From a virus (Duplodnaviria > Caudoviricetes), in the IMG/VR virus record IMGVR_UViG_3300020045_005581, positions 1 through 48,920 of that record: a stretch of DNA of 48,920 nt. One strand, given 5' to 3'. Below, in pieces: positions 46,199-48,920 of this stretch. The first letter of the stretch is position 1. Each line of letters begins with the position of its first letter. The translations under genes were made by a program, and so were the position numbers. The notes below the pieces were generated by a model. It was not told the DNA's origin and made no database searches. It worked only from the letters and a program-made list of their open reading frames with translations.

Positions 46199-46477
46199 TT
46201 ATTTCTCCTTTAATCTTGTAGGATAAATTCTCTTTGCTCCCTGCATTGGATTAGATGGTAAAGGTAAGCCTTTTTCATAATATTCAACACAGAGATCAGG
46301 AATATAATTATGCCCATATTGAGTCATTAACTTCTCCATAATATTAACTTTTACTGCAACATAATTATCCTCTTTATGTTTCATGTCTGTTCTTGCCATC
46401 CAACATCCTTTAATATGATAATGCATCCCACCATAAGGATAAATAAGGACTTCATCGTTAGGTTTTAGTTTAGGCAT
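46199..46477 (-). CDS. Hypothetical protein
   Basis: AAGGAGG SD; 92 aa. Confidence 0.6.
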   Translation of the reverse strand: MPKLKPNDEVLIYPYGGMHYHIKGCWMARTDMKHKEDNYVAVKVNIMEKLMTQYGHNYIPDLCVEYYEKGLPLPSNPMQGAKRIYPTRLKEK

Positions 46478-46617
46478 ATTTTACCTCCTTACATTCCTCA
46501 TTTTGAGCAATATCCCAATCCTTTTTGCAATCCTCATCTCCATCAAAGCATATATGTCTTCCGCATTTAATACATTCCATGATATGCCCTTGAGAATCAA
46601 CTGCATCAAAATCATGT

Positions 46618-46824
46618 TTAGTCATCACCATGTTCCTTTTGTTGGATTATTATAATATCTCTAATTCCCGAAAATGTAAGATACCCGATAAAAGACCAAA
46701 ATATAATCCACGCTTCTATAGTATTGATCTGTGAAGTATACCAACCAATCAACCCGCAACAAATTAGTGCCAAAATACGAGATGCCCATTTAATAATACT
46801 TCTTACCATAATTACTCCTATCAA
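46618..46824 (-). CDS. Small membrane protein
   Basis: Two hydrophobic segments. Confidence 0.55.
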   Translation of the reverse strand: MIGVIMVRSIIKWASRILALICCGLIGWYTSQINTIEAWIIFWSFIGYLTFSGIRDIIIIQQKEHGDD

Positions 46825-47234
46825 AAGGGCAAATCGCTTGGTTCTACATCACCTTCAGGGATATCTTCATCAGAAACAGCACTACCTGCTGTAACCATCT
46901 TTTCAGATTTAGAAAAACTGACAACCCTACTTGCTAAGATTTCAAGTGATGCTTTCATTTCTCCATTATTCTTATCTTGCCAGCGATTAAGTTTGAGTTT
47001 ACCTACAACCAGTACAGACATCCCCTTAGATATTTTCTCATTAACCCTTTCCGCTAACTTATTAAAGCAAATAACCCTAAACCATTCAGTATTATCTTTC
47101 CACTCATCGTTAACCAATCTCGGATCATTTACTGCCACATTAAGATTAGTTAAGCACGTACCACTGGGCGTGAACCTCATCTCAGGGTCATTCCCAACAT
47201 TTCCAGCTATCACTATCTGATTAAAACTAGCCAC
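46821..47234 (-). CDS. ssb: Single-stranded DNA-binding protein
   Basis: NQIVIAGNVGNDPEMRFTPSG...TEWFRV...DLPF tail. Confidence 0.95.
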   Translation of the reverse strand: MASFNQIVIAGNVGNDPEMRFTPSGTCLTNLNVAVNDPRLVNDEWKDNTEWFRVICFNKLAERVNEKISKGMSVLVVGKLKLNRWQDKNNGEMKASLEILASRVVSFSKSEKMVTAGSAVSDEDIPEGDVEPSDLPF

Positions 47235-47237
47235 TAT

Positions 47238-47390
47238 TTATTTCTCCTTCACATTCCTTACAATATGATTAAATCCACTACCATGTGGAGTATCAAAGTT
47301 TACACTTTTACATTTTGGACACCAGTTAGGAACTTCTACTGTAGAACTCCATTCATTACCACACTTTAAACATTTTTGGGGATATCTCAT
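47238..47390 (-). CDS. Small zinc-ribbon protein (50 aa)
   Basis: My translation: MRYPQKCLKCGNEW...PNWCPKCKS... Confidence 0.55.
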   Translation of the reverse strand: MRYPQKCLKCGNEWSSTVEVPNWCPKCKSVNFDTPHGSGFNHIVRNVKEK

Positions 47391-47403
47391 TATTGCCAAT
47401 TTC

Positions 47404-48678
47404 TTATTTAATTACCTCACTTATTATTCTCTTGTAATTATCTACACACTTATTCCAATTAAACTTCTCTATCACAAATTTACGTGCTGACTCCCCAACT
47501 ATTCTTAGTGCATTTTCATACTCGATAAGATATCTAATTCCTGTTGGTAAATCGCCTATAATTTTAGCGATATACCCAGTAGAATTATCCCCTTCTGCAT
47601 TATTAATTATATCTTCACTTAACATACTCCCTTGTAAGCATACACTGGGACATTTGCAACATGCAGCCTCTAACACTGGCAAGTGAACATTCTCATCAAG
47701 GCTAGGACTCAATAAGCATTTTGCCAACGAGTAATATGTAGGCAAGTCCTTATCTTCAACACTAGTAACAAACCTGATATACGCACCACATTCATTTGCT
47801 TTATCAAATAATTCATATTGCCTATCTATATCATTATGCGAATTAATAATCAGCAAAAGTGCATCAGGAAATTCATGATTTACTATGCCCATTGCTTCAA
47901 TGGCAAGATCAGTACCCTTCATTGGAGATAAGTACGATGCTACATGCAAGATTACTTGCTTATCTTTGTACTTTGCCTCCAGTTCAGCATTATGCGTAGG
48001 TTTAAAAAATTCTGAATCTACCCCTGTATAAACTACTTCAGAATCTACATTGTAAACACGTTTTATTTCACTTTGAATATACTTTGAGTAGACTATGATC
48101 TTAGAAGCATTGTTATAAGCTAATTGCTCTAACCATTTAGCCAGTATCTTGCCACCTTTGACGATAAGCTGTTTAACTTTACTCAAACCTTTGATGAACT
48201 CACGATTATGTAGCCAAGGATTTAGTTCAAAGATTACAACTATTGGTTTTATTCCTGCTAACATACACATAATATGGGTTGTAGGTGAACTGGATATCCA
48301 AGCATTGTACTTGTACTCACGCTGTGCCTTTCGCAGTATCAGCGAATGCTTCAGCAAATAGTACGGATAAAACAGCCAATATCGAAGTTTATTTGTCGTT
48401 GTTTCTTCCATATCTAAGACTTGTACACCACCATCAGTAAAACGTTTCTCATTTTCTGCTGATATTGCTTGTACTATTAAGTCTACACTGTAATACTGGG
48501 CAAGACGATGCGAGACTTCATACAGATACCTGATACCGCCGTTGAAAAATTGGGCATGTTCGTTGCAGATCGCTACGCGTGTAAAACTATTTATCAATGC
48601 TTCGCATGCATCGGCATCAACTTTAGCTTGTTTAGCTAATTCGCTTGAACGGATAATGTCTTTAATGGTTGTGCTCAT
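47404..48678 (-). CDS. GT4-family glycosyltransferase
   Basis: VYTGVDSEFFKP, KGTDLAIEA, PSLDENVHLPVLEAACC, FNWNKC; probable start MSTTIK. Confidence 0.85.
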   Translation of the reverse strand: MSTTIKDIIRSSELAKQAKVDADACEALINSFTRVAICNEHAQFFNGGIRYLYEVSHRLAQYYSVDLIVQAISAENEKRFTDGGVQVLDMEETTTNKLRYWLFYPYYLLKHSLILRKAQREYKYNAWISSSPTTHIMCMLAGIKPIVVIFELNPWLHNREFIKGLSKVKQLIVKGGKILAKWLEQLAYNNASKIIVYSKYIQSEIKRVYNVDSEVVYTGVDSEFFKPTHNAELEAKYKDKQVILHVASYLSPMKGTDLAIEAMGIVNHEFPDALLLIINSHNDIDRQYELFDKANECGAYIRFVTSVEDKDLPTYYSLAKCLLSPSLDENVHLPVLEAACCKCPSVCLQGSMLSEDIINNAEGDNSTGYIAKIIGDLPTGIRYLIEYENALRIVGESARKFVIEKFNWNKCVDNYKRIISEVIK

Positions 48679-48920
48679 TTTATCCTCATCAAAGCGGTTG
48701 CCCATCATCTTGCCACATAGCAACCACACAACCTATATCTAAAGTATGAAAACTTGAATCACAACTACCCTTCCAAACACCCTTTTTCTTTTCTATGCTT
48801 ACTCTGCTATTAGTATTCCACAAGATTATAACTGGGTCACGATAAACAAAAGCTTGATATTTAACTGGTAACTCTTGGTTAGAATGGATTGTAAACAAGG
48901 TTTCGCATGTTGCTTCGTGC

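Overview
The core of the window (~2000-45400) is a near-complete, AT-rich, podovirus-like tailed phage genome that is cut open inside its portal gene. The portal C-terminus lies at ~2000-2543, the N-terminus at 45006-~45400, and the middle is missing. The + strand carries scaffold, capsid, tail and ejection genes (including an LPD38-like large protein and a GH135/spherulin-4-like enzyme), a lysis cassette, terminase subunits and five tRNA genes. The - strand carries many small early/middle genes, including a Pnk + RNA ligase RNA-repair pair, a NinG-like nuclease, SPFH, S26, YopX and DUF3310-like proteins, and an adenine methyltransferase frameshifted at an (AG)n tract. A lone + strand gene there encodes a stand-alone NrdD-type glycyl-radical domain. 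No polymerase, helicase or integrase is recognisable. A Patescibacteria (CPR)-type host is inferred, not shown. Both flanks look like unrelated DNA. The right flank (~45400-48920) holds ssb, a GT4 glycosyltransferase and a truncated sugar C-methyltransferase. The left flank (1-~1900) is the most unusual stretch: an array of single small genes, each enclosed by its own two-part inverted repeat and separated by GC-rich multi-hairpin spacers with a conserved architecture but different sequence. This resembles a structure-defined, integron/shufflon-like cassette system whose recombinase is not in the window. All family assignments come from motif recognition by eye; no database search was run.
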